Of a DNA stretch of 64,000 nucleotides, positions 27,913 to 38,143 are shown piece by piece. Within the stretch, counting starts at the first letter, position 1; each line of letters opens with the position of its first letter. The position numbers were made by a program, and so were the translations under genes. The stretch is from the NCBI GenBank assembly GCA_021414235.1, contig JAIOOV010000004.1:121091-185090 (forward strand). The letters run 5' to 3'. The notes beneath the pieces were generated by a model that made no database searches, was not told where the DNA came from, and was given only the letters and a program-made list of their open reading frames with translations. Source of the DNA: Candidatus Parcubacteria bacterium (GTDB lineage Bacteria; Patescibacteriota; Minisyncoccia; Phycocordibacterales; JAKFXT01).

Positions 27913-29901
27913 ATGGCCTTACAGCAGCATACTAGTACACTCATGCCTCTTTTTAAAGGAAATCAGGATCAAAACGACAAGAAAGAGGGGGGACCCAAGA
28001 TTCCTTCCGTGCTTCCTCCTCGCGGCGGCTTCTGGGGCAGCTTCGTCACTACTGTCCTCATCTTCTTGGCGATGCTCACCGCCTACTCCTACTTCAGTGA
28101 AAATCGCACGGCCAAGGTAGAGATTCCGCTCTCGGAAGTGGCGCGCGATATCCGGGATGGCAAGATCACCGGTATCGTGGTGCGTGGAGACACCCTCACC
28201 GCTACCTATACCGACAAGACTGAGAAGACTTCCAAGAAAGAGGCGGAGTCCGGGCTCACCGATACTCTCAAGAACTATGGCGTGCCCCAGGAGCGCCTCG
28301 ACACGATCTCCATCGACGTGAAGAACCAGAGCGGCTTCAGCTTCTGGTTCCTGACTCTCACGCCCTTCCTCCTCCCGATTATCTTCATACTCTTCTTCGT
28401 CTGGTTCCTCTCGCGTCAGGTGAAGGGTGCAGGCATGCAGGCGTTCACTTTTGGCCAGTCCAAGGCGCGCATCATCGATCCTAATGACAAGAGCCAGAAG
28501 ATCACCTTTAAGGATGTCGCCGGTGTGAAGGAGGCCAAGGAGGAGCTCGCAGAGATCGTGGATTTCCTGCGCAATCCTAAGAAGTTCTTGGATATCGGCG
28601 CGCGTATTCCGAAAGGAATACTTCTCATGGGTGCTCCGGGCACAGGCAAGACGCTTCTCGCGCGTGCGGTCGCGGGTGAGGCGGGCGTACCCTTCTTCTC
28701 CATCTCCGGTTCCGAGTTCGTAGAGATGTTCGTAGGTGTGGGTGCGTCTCGTGTACGCGACCTCTTCACCATGGCTAAGCGCGCAGCACCCGCTATCATC
28801 TTCGTGGATGAGATCGACGCCGTGGGCCGCGTGCGCGGCACGGGAGTGGGTGGCGGCAACGATGAGCGCGAACAGACTCTCAATCAGATCCTGGTGGAGA
28901 TGGACGGCTTCGAGCCGACCGAGAAGGTTATCGTCATGGCGGCCACCAATCGTCCCGATGTGCTCGATCCGGCGCTCCTTCGTCCGGGCCGCTTCGACCG
29001 CCGGGTGATGCTTGATCTGCCGGATAGGGAAGGACGTTTAGAAATACTCAAGATTCATTCCAAGACCAAGCCATTTGCAGAAGATGTGAACCTTACCGTC
29101 ATTGCAGAGCGTACGCCTGGTTTCTCTGGTGCCGATCTCTATTCCTTGATGAACGAAGGCGCTATTCTTGCTGCTCGCGAGAATCGCAAGAAGGTTTCTC
29201 AATACGACCTCATCCGCTCCATCGAGAAGGTCATGCTTGGTCCGGAACGCAAGAGCCATCTGCTCTCAATAAAGGAGAAAGAGATTACCGCCTACCACGA
29301 AGCAGGTCACGCACTCATCGCCTCGGTGCTCGCATACTCTGATCCGGTGCACAAGATTTCCATCATCTCCCGTGGTAGGGCAGCGGGCTACACGCTCAAG
29401 CTCCCGCTCGAGGATCGTAAGATGCAGTCCAAAAAAGAATTCCTCGATGACATCGCCGTCTCTCTCGGCGGGTATCTCGCGGAGCGCATGGTCTTTGGTG
29501 ATCTCACCACTGGCCCCAGCAACGATCTCCAGGTACTCACTGCGCTCGCACGTGACATGGTCACTAAGTACGGCATGTCCGACAAGCTAGGGCCGGTAGC
29601 GCTCGAAGGTGAAGGCGGTCGCGTACTCTTCGGACGCGGAGTAGGGGAGAAAGATTACTCTGAGAAAGTAGCATCTGAAGTGGACGCGGAAGTTTCCAAG
29701 ATAATCGACGAGGCGTATCGTCGCGGTGAAGAGATATTGAAGAAGCACAAGGGTGCGCTCGATGCGATCGCTAAGAGGCTGGTGGAAGTAGAAACCATCG
29801 AACGCGAGGACTTCGAGGATCTCCTCATTGCAAACGGCATCATGCCCAAGAAGAAGGATCCGAGGATAGATATAACGGAGGAACTTGTGGTTAGAGACTA
29901 A
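27913..29901 (+). CDS. ftsH: ATP-dependent zinc metalloprotease FtsH
   Basis: AAA module ([11 protein letters not shown]), SRH, HEAGH zinc motif, N-terminal TM helices; 662 aa. Confidence 0.95.
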   Translation: MALQQHTSTLMPLFKGNQDQNDKKEGGPKIPSVLPPRGGFWGSFVTTVLIFLAMLTAYSYFSENRTAKVEIPLSEVARDIRDGKITGIVVRGDTLTATYTDKTEKTSKKEAESGLTDTLKNYGVPQERLDTISIDVKNQSGFSFWFLTLTPFLLPIIFILFFVWFLSRQVKGAGMQAFTFGQSKARIIDPNDKSQKITFKDVAGVKEAKEELAEIVDFLRNPKKFLDIGARIPKGILLMGAPGTGKTLLARAVAGEAGVPFFSISGSEFVEMFVGVGASRVRDLFTMAKRAAPAIIFVDEIDAVGRVRGTGVGGGNDEREQTLNQILVEMDGFEPTEKVIVMAATNRPDVLDPALLRPGRFDRRVMLDLPDREGRLEILKIHSKTKPFAEDVNLTVIAERTPGFSGADLYSLMNEGAILAARENRKKVSQYDLIRSIEKVMLGPERKSHLLSIKEKEITAYHEAGHALIASVLAYSDPVHKISIISRGRAAGYTLKLPLEDRKMQSKKEFLDDIAVSLGGYLAERMVFGDLTTGPSNDLQVLTALARDMVTKYGMSDKLGPVALEGEGGRVLFGRGVGEKDYSEKVASEVDAEVSKIIDEAYRRGEEILKKHKGALDAIAKRLVEVETIEREDFEDLLIANGIMPKKKDPRIDITEELVVRD

Positions 29902-29920
29902 AGCCGGGGATTTTAAAAAG

Positions 29921-29963
29921 AACAACGCCCCGCCGGGTTTCTCCGGCGGGGCGTTGTGTTTGT
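29921..29963. terminator. rho-independent terminator (ftsH; possibly bidirectional)
   Basis: aacaacgccccgccgg-gtttct-ccggcggggcgttgtgttt. Confidence 0.8.
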
Positions 29964-30036
29964 GCGCGTGCTTGGACTCGAACCAAGGACCGGTCGTGTA
30001 TAAGACGACTGCTCTAACCAACTGAGCTACACGCGC
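29963..30036 (-). tRNA. tRNA with anticodon UAU (AUA-decoding tRNA-Ile)
   Basis: GCGCGTG-TA-GCTC-AGTTGGTTA-GAGC-A-GTCGT-CTTATAC-ACGAC-CGGTC-CTTGG-TTCGAGT-CCAAG-CACGCGC-A; the anticodon loop CTTATAC puts TAT at positions 34-36. Confidence 0.7.
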
Positions 30037-30057
30037 GTGACCAAATACTACTTTTTC

Positions 30058-32214
30058 CTATTCGAAGTGCAATATCTCCCGATACGCTTTCGCTCGCTCC
30101 CTTAGGAGGGGATAGCGGCTAAGCTCCGGATCCTTAGCCACGAGAGCTGCGGCTTCCGTGCGTGCCGCCTCCACCATCTTCAGGTTTTTGATCGCTTCCA
30201 TCCCGATATCGGAAACACCCCACTGCTTGCGGCCATAGAGTTCGCCCGCGCCTCGAAGCTTCAAGTCGAGCTCTGCGAGCTCGAACCCGCTTGAAGCCGT
30301 AGCGAGCGCTTTCAGTCTCTCTTTGGTTTTCTCACTGTTGCCCTCTGCGAAGAGATAACAGTAGGCCTGATGGCTGCTGCGCATCACTCGACCTCTTAAC
30401 TGGTGGAGCTGGGCGAGTCCGAAGCGCTCAGACCCTTCGATGATGATGACCGTAGCATTCGGCACGTTCACACCAACTTCCACCACCGAGGTAGCTACTA
30501 GGATATCAATCTCTTTATCCTTCAGCGCCTGCATGACCTCGTCTTTTTCCTCCGGTTTCGACTTTCCAGTAAGCGTGCCGATGTTCCATTCGGGGAAGAC
30601 GTCGCGTTTCAGGCGGGCGGCTTCTGCTTTCACTGACTTGGCTTCGACCGCAGTCTCTTTCTCCGGATCAGGCTCATCTATGCGCGGGCAGATGACGTAG
30701 GCTTGCCTCCCAGCCTTTAGTTCCGCGCGCACTTTCTCATAGATCCCTTCCCGCTTATTCGGCGGCACAATCTCCGTAACGATAGGCTTCCTACCTTTGG
30801 GCAATTCATCGAGAAGAGAGAGATCCAGGTCGCCGTAGATGGTGAGAGCAAGTGTGCGCGGAATCGGAGTGGCGGTCATGGAGAGGAGGTGAGGTAGCAC
30901 ATCTTCTTTGCGAGCGAGCTTCTGTCTTTGTGCTGTGCCGAAGCGATGCTGCTCGTCGATGATGATGTAGGCGAGGTTCTTGAAACGCACCGTCTTCTGG
31001 ATGAGTGCGTGCGTGCCTACGAGGACGGCGATCTCGCCATTCGCTACCCATTTCAACAACTGAGTGCGGGAGATATCAGTCCACGATCCAGGTTTTGATT
31101 TGGAAGGGAACTTACGACAACCGCTACCGGTGATGAGGGCGATGGAGACCGGCATGTGCCGGAAGAACTCGATGAAGGATTCGAAGAGCTGTGTGGCCAG
31201 GATTTCGGTGGGTGCCATGTAGGCCACCTGGAGTGTGCCGAAGTCTTGCCCTTGGGGACGCGTGGTCACTGCGGCATAGGCGGTGGTCGCGGCGACGGCG
31301 GTCTTTCCAGAGCCCACATCGCCCTCGAGAAGTCGCGACATAGGGCGACCGCTTTTGAAGTCAGCAAGGACGGTGGCTACGGCACGCTCCTGTGCGCCAG
31401 TTGCCTTGAAAGGGAAGCGTGCGAGGAAGGCTTCGATGTCTTTTTTCGAGGGGGCGATGGGGAAGCCGCGTTTCGAAGCATACGTATGCCGTTCCTGCTG
31501 CTTGAGCAATTGGATGCAGAAGACTTCTTCAAAGGCGAAGCGTTTACGTGCTACCAGGCTGTGGCTCTCTTCCTGTGGAGAGTGTATCCAGATGAGCGCG
31601 GTCGAGAGTGTGGGGAGGTGATATCGTGCAAGTATGTCCTGCGGTATTGGATCGCTCATGGTCTCGAGCACACCGCTCTTCAGTGCTTTCTCTACTGCGT
31701 GGAAGAACCAGTTTGAAGTGATACCTCTGCTCTCGGGGTAGGTGGGGTAGGCGAAGATGTCATCCGTCTTCTCCCCGAAGAGGGAGTCCTTGGCTTTGAG
31801 TGGAAGCTCGGGGATGCGTTCGATCTCCGGATTGAGAAGTGCGGGTGTGCCGTTCTTGGCAGACACTTTGCCACTGACGCGTACCAGCGTTCCTTCTGGG
31901 AACATCTTGGCGAGGTAGGGCTGATGGAACCAGATAGCCTTCACTACTGCGGTGCCGTCATCTATCTGCGCTTCTGCAAGTGCTACCTTGGAGCGGAAGG
32001 ATTTACGTAGCTCGATGGAGCGGATGCTGCCATAGACGGTAGCCTCCTCTCCTTCAGTGAGTCCGCGCACGGAAGTAGCTTCTGCGAGGCGGTTGTATTT
32101 GGCGGGGAAGTGATAGAGGAGATCGCGTACGGTCGCGAGGCGAAGAGTGCGAAGCGCGCGCTTCTGTTCCGCGGTCAGTCGGAAGGCTGATTCGAGCGGA
32201 GTACTGCTATGCAT
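30058..32214 (-). CDS. recG: ATP-dependent DNA helicase RecG
   Basis: 718 aa; wedge domain plus SF2 helicase motifs (DVGSGKT, DEQHRFG). Confidence 0.9.
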   Translation of the reverse strand: MHSSTPLESAFRLTAEQKRALRTLRLATVRDLLYHFPAKYNRLAEATSVRGLTEGEEATVYGSIRSIELRKSFRSKVALAEAQIDDGTAVVKAIWFHQPYLAKMFPEGTLVRVSGKVSAKNGTPALLNPEIERIPELPLKAKDSLFGEKTDDIFAYPTYPESRGITSNWFFHAVEKALKSGVLETMSDPIPQDILARYHLPTLSTALIWIHSPQEESHSLVARKRFAFEEVFCIQLLKQQERHTYASKRGFPIAPSKKDIEAFLARFPFKATGAQERAVATVLADFKSGRPMSRLLEGDVGSGKTAVAATTAYAAVTTRPQGQDFGTLQVAYMAPTEILATQLFESFIEFFRHMPVSIALITGSGCRKFPSKSKPGSWTDISRTQLLKWVANGEIAVLVGTHALIQKTVRFKNLAYIIIDEQHRFGTAQRQKLARKEDVLPHLLSMTATPIPRTLALTIYGDLDLSLLDELPKGRKPIVTEIVPPNKREGIYEKVRAELKAGRQAYVICPRIDEPDPEKETAVEAKSVKAEAARLKRDVFPEWNIGTLTGKSKPEEKDEVMQALKDKEIDILVATSVVEVGVNVPNATVIIIEGSERFGLAQLHQLRGRVMRSSHQAYCYLFAEGNSEKTKERLKALATASSGFELAELDLKLRGAGELYGRKQWGVSDIGMEAIKNLKMVEAARTEAAALVAKDPELSRYPLLRERAKAYREILHFE

Positions 32215-32243
32215 CTCTTAAGTGTACTCGAAGAGAGAACCAC

Positions 32244-32834
32244 TTACTGTATGACGGTGACGATACCGAAGTGCTGAGGGGCGCTCTGGTTGGTGAAGCT
32301 CCAAGAACCTGCTTTGGAGAAGTTGAAGTCATAGTAGCCACCCTGACCTACGGAGCGGACCTGGTCGAACTCAGGATATATGGGGGCGCCGTTCTGGACG
32401 ACGGAGGAGACGCGTAGGCTGAGACCGCTCCTATTAATGAAGCGTACCGAGGTGCCCGCCTTTACGAAGAATTCAGCAGGACGGAAGCCGGTGCTGTCGT
32501 AGTAGACGATCATGCTTGCGGTCTGCTCTGCTTTCTTGATGAGGTCGCTCGTGAGGGTGACTGAAGAGGAACGAGGTATGGATCTCTTTACGGAGTTGCC
32601 GGAAGCGCTGGTGCCACCAGAGGCTGCTTTGTCGATGTCTTCCTGGTAGATGCCCTGCTGGCTGCTGTCCTGAGTATCAGAGGCTACTTCGGTATCCGCG
32701 TCGGGGCGGGAGAAGTAGAGGATGCCTGCCAGGATAAGGGCTAGGACCAAGGTTATGGTAACGATGCGCTTGAGGAATACGGTTGGGTCGTCTTGCATAT
32801 GGCTATACCCTATTCTTTTCCCTGAAACTTTCAA
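32244..32834 (-). CDS. hypothetical membrane-anchored protein
   Basis: N-terminal TM helix (IVTITLVLALILAGILYF) followed by a Ser-rich extracytoplasmic region; no recognised domain. Confidence 0.4.
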   Translation of the reverse strand: MKVSGKRIGYSHMQDDPTVFLKRIVTITLVLALILAGILYFSRPDADTEVASDTQDSSQQGIYQEDIDKAASGGTSASGNSVKRSIPRSSSVTLTSDLIKKAEQTASMIVYYDSTGFRPAEFFVKAGTSVRFINRSGLSLRVSSVVQNGAPIYPEFDQVRSVGQGGYYDFNFSKAGSWSFTNQSAPQHFGIVTVIQ

Positions 32835-33210
32835 GTGCTAGGGCTAGGGCGATACCAAGAATGGAGATATCCCTAAAGAGGACATCCATCTGGCCTGTGT
32901 TGAATATGACGATGCCCGCGAGGAGAACTGACGCGGCTACGCTCGGATAAAAGAGGTTCTTGCCCCACAAGAGCCAACCACCGATGACAATCTCTACGAC
33001 ACCGAAGAGGTGGAGGAGCAGGAGATCGGAGACGATGCCGCGAGTGAAGTCGGGGAAGTAGCCGATCCAGCTGTAGGGATCAAAGAAGGCGGCAATCGGC
33101 GGATAAAGGAATGCGAAGGCGAGTGAGAGACGGAGGATGAGGGAGGTAGTCATGCTACCTATGGTAGCAAATACAGAAATATCTATCTCTCGATTCTCAT
33201 CCGTAACCAC
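32803..33210 (-). CDS. small multi-pass membrane protein (DoxX-like)
   Basis: 3-4 predicted TM helices; overlaps its neighbours, suggesting co-translation. Confidence 0.35.
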   Translation of the reverse strand: MVTDENREIDISVFATIGSMTTSLILRLSLAFAFLYPPIAAFFDPYSWIGYFPDFTRGIVSDLLLLHLFGVVEIVIGGWLLWGKNLFYPSVAASVLLAGIVIFNTGQMDVLFRDISILGIALALALESFREKNRV

Positions 33211-33926
33211 TCGTTTTCCTCCGAGATCTTGCGGACGCCAAAGGCGCGGATGACACCGTTCTCTTCTGTCCCGGCGATCAAGACGGTATCACCGACCTTG
33301 AGAGCGGTAGTGGTAGCGCGCGGGTTATTGCTCGGGAGAAGCACGACGAGGGTGGTAGTGCCGCTACGGGTGTCTTCCACGGTGAGTTGACTTCCGTCGA
33401 TGGCGAGGATGGTACAGCGGCAGAGTCCTCCGCCAGGCGGTGGCGGACGTCGAGCTCCTTCATAAAAGTGCCCGAGGCCGGGAGGCAGATGGCGGGAGCC
33501 TTCGAGCATACGGTCGTTGAAGTAGGTGCCGCGATCCACTGCAAATCCTGCGAGGAGCGTGCCCACGAAGAGGCCAGCGAGCAGATAGAGTACGGGGACC
33601 TTGTAGCCGAACTTGAAACGGCGGAGGAGGTATTCGAGGAGTACCACCAGAGCTACATCGAGGAGTAGGAGGAACCAGGGGAATACGCGAAGGAAGGTGA
33701 AAAGGCCTCTTGAGCCGAACCCGAGGAGTTCCTGGTGATGGTTGATGCGGAGACCGAAGAGGATGAAGTTGAATATGAATACAGAGAGGATGAGTACGGC
33801 CGTGGCTACTGAGGCAAGAGCTACGATCTTTAGTAGAAAGAAATACCGCGGGCGCATGGCTACCTCACCGGAGCGGATATCCTTGAGCAGTTGGTCTTTT
33901 AGATTGGAGGGGTGATGTTCGTTCAT
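33183..33926 (-). CDS. putative anti-sigma factor / membrane protein
   Basis: Overlaps the stop of the upstream ECF sigma gene by 4 nt; cytoplasmic N-terminus, TM helices, C-terminal extracytoplasmic domain. Confidence 0.45.
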   Translation of the reverse strand: MNEHHPSNLKDQLLKDIRSGEVAMRPRYFFLLKIVALASVATAVLILSVFIFNFILFGLRINHHQELLGFGSRGLFTFLRVFPWFLLLLDVALVVLLEYLLRRFKFGYKVPVLYLLAGLFVGTLLAGFAVDRGTYFNDRMLEGSRHLPPGLGHFYEGARRPPPPGGGLCRCTILAIDGSQLTVEDTRSGTTTLVVLLPSNNPRATTTALKVGDTVLIAGTEENGVIRAFGVRKISEENEWLRMRIER

Positions 33927-34510
33927 GTCTTTTTGGCGATTTCCTTCTTAAGCATCTCCTTGGCGCGTTTCAATCTGATGCCTACGGTGCCCGTCGGCAC
34001 CTCTAGGATTTCAGCGATGTCCTTGTAGGCCATATCTTCGAAATAGTGGAGCACGAGGACTTCGCGGTATTTGGGGGAGAGCTTCTCTAATCCGCGATCT
34101 ATCAGTCCTCTCATCTCTTCCTGCTCACGCTCCGACTCTGTAGGGTCTTCATAGGCAGGATGCGGTATGAAGGTATCGAAATCTACTAAGAGAGGAGAGC
34201 GTTCGTTCTTGCGAAGCGCGTTCACGAAGGCGTTGTGGGCTACTCGGTAGATCCAAGGGTTGAAGCGCTGCGTGCTGTCATAGCTCTGGATGTTCTGATA
34301 CACACTCACGAAGACGTCCTGCACGATATCCTGGATATCTTCTTTGCGGGAGAGGAACCTCCTCCCGTAGCGGGTGAGCTTCTGCTCGAAGCGATCCACC
34401 AGGATACCGAACGCTTCCCGGTCTCCTTGTTGGACCATTTCGGCGATTTTCTCATCAGTGAAAGCTTCCACCTTCATATAGTACAGGTTCGGTAGCACAA
34501 AACCCCTCAA
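33923..34510 (-). CDS. ECF-type RNA polymerase sigma-70 factor
   Basis: Region 2 (FGILVDRFEQKL...YRVAHNAFVNALRK) and region 4 HTH (YKDIAEILEVPTGTVGIRLKRAKEML). Confidence 0.85.
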   Translation of the reverse strand: MRGFVLPNLYYMKVEAFTDEKIAEMVQQGDREAFGILVDRFEQKLTRYGRRFLSRKEDIQDIVQDVFVSVYQNIQSYDSTQRFNPWIYRVAHNAFVNALRKNERSPLLVDFDTFIPHPAYEDPTESEREQEEMRGLIDRGLEKLSPKYREVLVLHYFEDMAYKDIAEILEVPTGTVGIRLKRAKEMLKKEIAKKT

Positions 34511-34542
34511 GGGGGCTTGTGTGCATACAGATGTTGTATTGC

Positions 34543-35205
34543 TTACTGTCTGGCGGGAGGAAGAGGGAGATCGTCCATGATCTCTTTAGCGGTAACAGTG
34601 TTGCCGGAAACAGTACCCTGAACTCCGATCGTATCTCCCACGACTACGTCGGAGAGGGAACCAGTGACCATGCGGTGGATGGTGGCGCTACCGGCATTCA
34701 CCGTGTAGCTCTTTCCATCTGGGCCTGCGACCGTGATGGTCGAGCCGTTCACTGCGGTCACTTTGCCCATGACGCCGTGGCCCATGCCGGGTCCGCCGCG
34801 CATCCCAGGCTTTCCAGGACCGAAGCCTTTGCCGCTCATGATCGAGGTGGCAGCGACAGAGCTGCCGTTTACTGTGCCGAGCGCCATCACCTTATCCCCG
34901 ACAGCGAGTCCGGCGAGCGTGGAGGCTGCGCCATCTTTAGTGACCGTCGCGTTCGCGGCATTGATGGTGTATGTGGTGTCACCGGTCTTTGTCTTTGCAG
35001 TGACCGTGAGGGTCGAGCCACTGATCGCGGTGATGGTGCCGCCGACGTGCGGCGCGCGTCCGAGCATGGCTGCTTTCGAATCGACGACTGCCGTAGGGGT
35101 CGCCGTCTGTGCTCCCGCGAGACTGGTATATCCTGCGATCGCTCCGCCGCCTAAGAAGAGGAGAGCGGCGAGAGGTATCGCGGTTGCTTTTGATATTGTG
35201 GGCAT
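34543..35205 (-). CDS. secreted DUF5666-repeat protein
   Basis: Signal peptide; three repeats of the G(T/K)(I/V)TA(I/V)(S/N)GST(L/I)TV...DGxxxTVN type typical of DUF5666; Gly/Met-rich linker. Confidence 0.55.
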   Translation of the reverse strand: MPTISKATAIPLAALLFLGGGAIAGYTSLAGAQTATPTAVVDSKAAMLGRAPHVGGTITAISGSTLTVTAKTKTGDTTYTINAANATVTKDGAASTLAGLAVGDKVMALGTVNGSSVAATSIMSGKGFGPGKPGMRGGPGMGHGVMGKVTAVNGSTITVAGPDGKSYTVNAGSATIHRMVTGSLSDVVVGDTIGVQGTVSGNTVTAKEIMDDLPLPPARQ

Positions 35206-35361
35206 TAGATAAATTGGTTGGCTGGTAAAGCTTCTCTATTGCTGAAGCGAAGGCTTAAAACCCGCGCTCTAATGGTTACTACACGGAGGAGGGAAGATTA
35301 TTTCATTCTGTCTATAACTTTGGAAAAACACGCTTTCTATTGTAAGTTAGTGGCACACCAC

Positions 35362-35448
35362 GGAGGGGTGGCTGAGTGGTCGAAAGCGCCTCACTGCTAA
35401 CGAGGTAGGGTCTTAAAGCCCTCGCGGGTTCGAATCCCGCCCCTTCCG
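35362..35448 (+). tRNA. tRNA-Ser (anticodon GCU), class II with long variable arm
   Basis: GGAGGGG...CTGCTAA...long variable arm...GCGGGTTCGAATCCCGC-CCCTTCC-G. Confidence 0.7.
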
Positions 35449-35451
35449 CAT

Positions 35452-36267
35452 TTGAAAATCCGCATGATCGCTGACGGAAAAGCTGTAGCTAAAATCCTAG
35501 AGCAAGAGCTCCAGGCTAAGTTGGCGGATCTTCCCCAGAGGAAGGTGTGTTTCATCCTATTTGGTAACGACGCGGAGAGCCGTCAGTTCATCACTATGAA
35601 ATCGAACGTGGCAGAGCGTCTCGGTATAACCGTCGATGTCCTCCATTATTCGGAAAGTGTCTCCATGGACGAGGCGGTAGAGATAGTGCAGAAGGCGGCA
35701 GAGAAGGATTATTCCGGAATCGTAGTACAGCTGCCGCTGCCTGCGGGGCTTGATAGGGAGAGGATCTTAAACAGCGTTCCTCCAAGGCTTGATATCGATG
35801 TGCTGAGCGAGGAGGGTAAACGTGACTACGCAGCAGGGAATTCTTCCAAGGTTCCTCCAGTAGCGCGGGCGGTCCACGAGATTTTGAATTTTTATCATGT
35901 CGAACTAGCTGGGAAAGAGATCCTCATCCTAGGGAAAGGAAAACTGGTCGGCGAGCCAGTCTCGGCGATGCTCTCTCTCAAGAATATTCCTTTCAAGATG
36001 GCTGATGGGAACACTCCCGAAGAAGAGAAGGCTGCTTTGATAAAATCGGCAGACATCATCATCTCTGGCGTGGGCTCTCCGCATTTTCTAAAGCCCGATA
36101 TGATCAAGGAGGGAGTTGTCCTCATTGATGCTGGTACGAGCGAACAGGCAGGCAAGCTGGTCGGGGATATCGATCCTGCCTGTAGCGAGAGGGCTGCCCT
36201 TATAACTCCTGTGCCTGGTGGGGTAGGTCCTGTGACGGTAGTCAGCTTGTTTCTCAATATCCGATAG
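35452..36267 (+). CDS. folD: bifunctional methylenetetrahydrofolate dehydrogenase/cyclohydrolase
   Basis: 271 aa; ITPVPGGVGPVTV and NAD(P)-binding GKGKLVG motifs. Confidence 0.85.
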   Translation: MKIRMIADGKAVAKILEQELQAKLADLPQRKVCFILFGNDAESRQFITMKSNVAERLGITVDVLHYSESVSMDEAVEIVQKAAEKDYSGIVVQLPLPAGLDRERILNSVPPRLDIDVLSEEGKRDYAAGNSSKVPPVARAVHEILNFYHVELAGKEILILGKGKLVGEPVSAMLSLKNIPFKMADGNTPEEEKAALIKSADIIISGVGSPHFLKPDMIKEGVVLIDAGTSEQAGKLVGDIDPACSERAALITPVPGGVGPVTVVSLFLNIR

Positions 36268-36293
36268 AATCGAATTCGGACCTTCCTCGTTTC

Positions 36294-36932
36294 CTAATGC
36301 GCCACCGCGAGCGCCAGTACCTCTCTTGCTCCCGCTTTCTCTAGAACCTTCCTCGCCTCTTCCAGCGTCGCTCCTGTGGTGGTGACGTCGTCGATAAGGA
36401 TGATTCGTGCTCCTTTTATCTTCACGCCTTCCTTTACTGCAAAACTGTTCCTCAAATTCGCCAGACGCTCACTCCTACTTTTTGTTCCGCTCTGGGGAGA
36501 GGTCTCTCGGCTTTTCGTGAGGAGGGCTGAGAGGGCGAATGGACCATCTGCTCCCTGGAGCTTGATGAGTTGCTCCGCGATGCGCTCCGTCTGACTGTAG
36601 CCGCGCTCCCTTAGGCGGGTGCGGCTCGTCGGTATCGGTACTAGGAGATAGCGCTCGCCCGGGAGTCTCTCTCCAAGAAGAGAGGGGAGCTCGTGCCAGA
36701 GGATCTCCGCACAGAGACCTGCGGCTCTCTGGCTGTTTTTGTATTTCAAAAGATTGATCAGCGTATGTACGAGCGGATGGCGGTAGGCGAGTGCGGCGTG
36801 CTGCCACGGAGGTAGTTGTTCGATGAGTTGTGCTCGACGGATTATCTCCGGAGCAGAGAGGGAGAGAGTGAGACGCTCCTCGGGCGAATGGGGGAAGATG
36901 GTGTCCAAGAGGTTCTCCCAGAGATTTGACAT
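36294..36932 (-). CDS. comFC: ComF-family phosphoribosyltransferase-domain competence protein
   Basis: C-terminal PRTase motif (ARIILIDDVTTTGATLEEA). Lacks the N-terminal Cys zinc-ribbon. Divergent from pilM. Confidence 0.65.
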   Translation of the reverse strand: MSNLWENLLDTIFPHSPEERLTLSLSAPEIIRRAQLIEQLPPWQHAALAYRHPLVHTLINLLKYKNSQRAAGLCAEILWHELPSLLGERLPGERYLLVPIPTSRTRLRERGYSQTERIAEQLIKLQGADGPFALSALLTKSRETSPQSGTKSRSERLANLRNSFAVKEGVKIKGARIILIDDVTTTGATLEEARKVLEKAGAREVLALAVAH

Positions 36933-36989
36933 AAACGGAGCTAAATCAAGGTATGTTACAATTGTAGCCTACAACCCCTCTCTTTATTT

Positions 36990-38117
36990 ATGGCCGGTAT
37001 CCTTCAAAAGCTAGAGAAGTTCTTCCCCGCTGGGGTTTTTTCTAGTGCCACGGGCAGCGTCATCGGCATCGATATCGGCTCTTCCGCTATCAAAGTAGTG
37101 CAGCTCAAGAAGAAGGGCGGCAAGGTGGTGCTCGAGACCTACGGCTCCCTCTCCCTCGGTCCGTATGCCGGTACGGAAGCCGGTCGCGGTACTAATCTCC
37201 CAGCAGACAAGCTCGCTGTAGCCGTGGAAGATCTCCTGCGCGAAGCTAACGTGACTACGCGGGATGGCGCTATCGCTATGCCGCTCTCCTCGAGCCTCAT
37301 CTCTCTCGTCTCCATGCCTGCGCTCGATGAGAGCAAGATGGCGGAGATGGTCCCGCTTGAGGCGCGCCGTTACATTCCGGTACCGATGACCGAAGTGACG
37401 CTCGACTGGTGGGTCATCCCTCAGGAAGAGTCCGTGCTTTTGAATACCTCGGAAGACAAGGGTGGGCACGTGGATGTGCTCCTTGTGGCCATCCTCAACG
37501 AAGCGCTACAGAAATATCAGAATGTCACCCATGCGCTGAAGCTGGAGAAAGCCTTCCTAGAAATCGAGCTTTTCAGCTCCGTGCGCGCTGCGCTCGACCA
37601 GGGGATACAGCCGGTTATGTTGATCGACTTTGGTGCTTCGAGCGCCAAGATCTATCTGGTAGAGCACGGCATCGTGCGTGATTCTCATAGCATCAACAAG
37701 GGCTCTCAGGACATCACCCTCTCCATCTCTCGGGGTATGAACGTTACTCCGGTGCGCGCAGAAGAGCTCAAGCGGGGAAGCGGCATCCCGGCGACTCCCG
37801 AAGAAGTCCTGCGAGTGAAGGAGGCTTCGGCGCTCGTGCTCGATGCAATATTCGCGGAGGCCCGCCGCATCATGCTCCTCTTCGAGAAGCGCTCTAATAA
37901 GACGGTAAGTAAGATCGTGGTTTCTGGCGGCGGCTCCGCACTTACGGGCTTCGGGGACATGCTCAAGGTGCGTTTTCCAGATACGGAAATTCTTTGGGCC
38001 GATCCTTTTGCAAAGACTGTGGCGCCAGCATTCCTCGAGAAGACTCTGAAGGAACTCGGTCCTGAATTTACGGTTGCGGTGGGTCTTGCACTCCGAAAAC
38101 TCAATCAATTCGCATAA
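36990..38117 (+). CDS. pilM: type IV pilus assembly ATPase-like protein PilM
   Basis: Actin-like fold signature (IGIDIGSSAIKVVQL). Confidence 0.85.
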   Translation: MAGILQKLEKFFPAGVFSSATGSVIGIDIGSSAIKVVQLKKKGGKVVLETYGSLSLGPYAGTEAGRGTNLPADKLAVAVEDLLREANVTTRDGAIAMPLSSSLISLVSMPALDESKMAEMVPLEARRYIPVPMTEVTLDWWVIPQEESVLLNTSEDKGGHVDVLLVAILNEALQKYQNVTHALKLEKAFLEIELFSSVRAALDQGIQPVMLIDFGASSAKIYLVEHGIVRDSHSINKGSQDITLSISRGMNVTPVRAEELKRGSGIPATPEEVLRVKEASALVLDAIFAEARRIMLLFEKRSNKTVSKIVVSGGGSALTGFGDMLKVRFPDTEILWADPFAKTVAPAFLEKTLKELGPEFTVAVGLALRKLNQFA

Positions 38118-38143
38118 CTGTGCATATCGGATGACGTGCGCTG

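Noticed and set aside
35218-35400. 60-aa ORF MAGKASLLLKRR...
   Set aside because: Overlaps the tRNA-Ser(GCU) gene on the same strand and has no coding signal.
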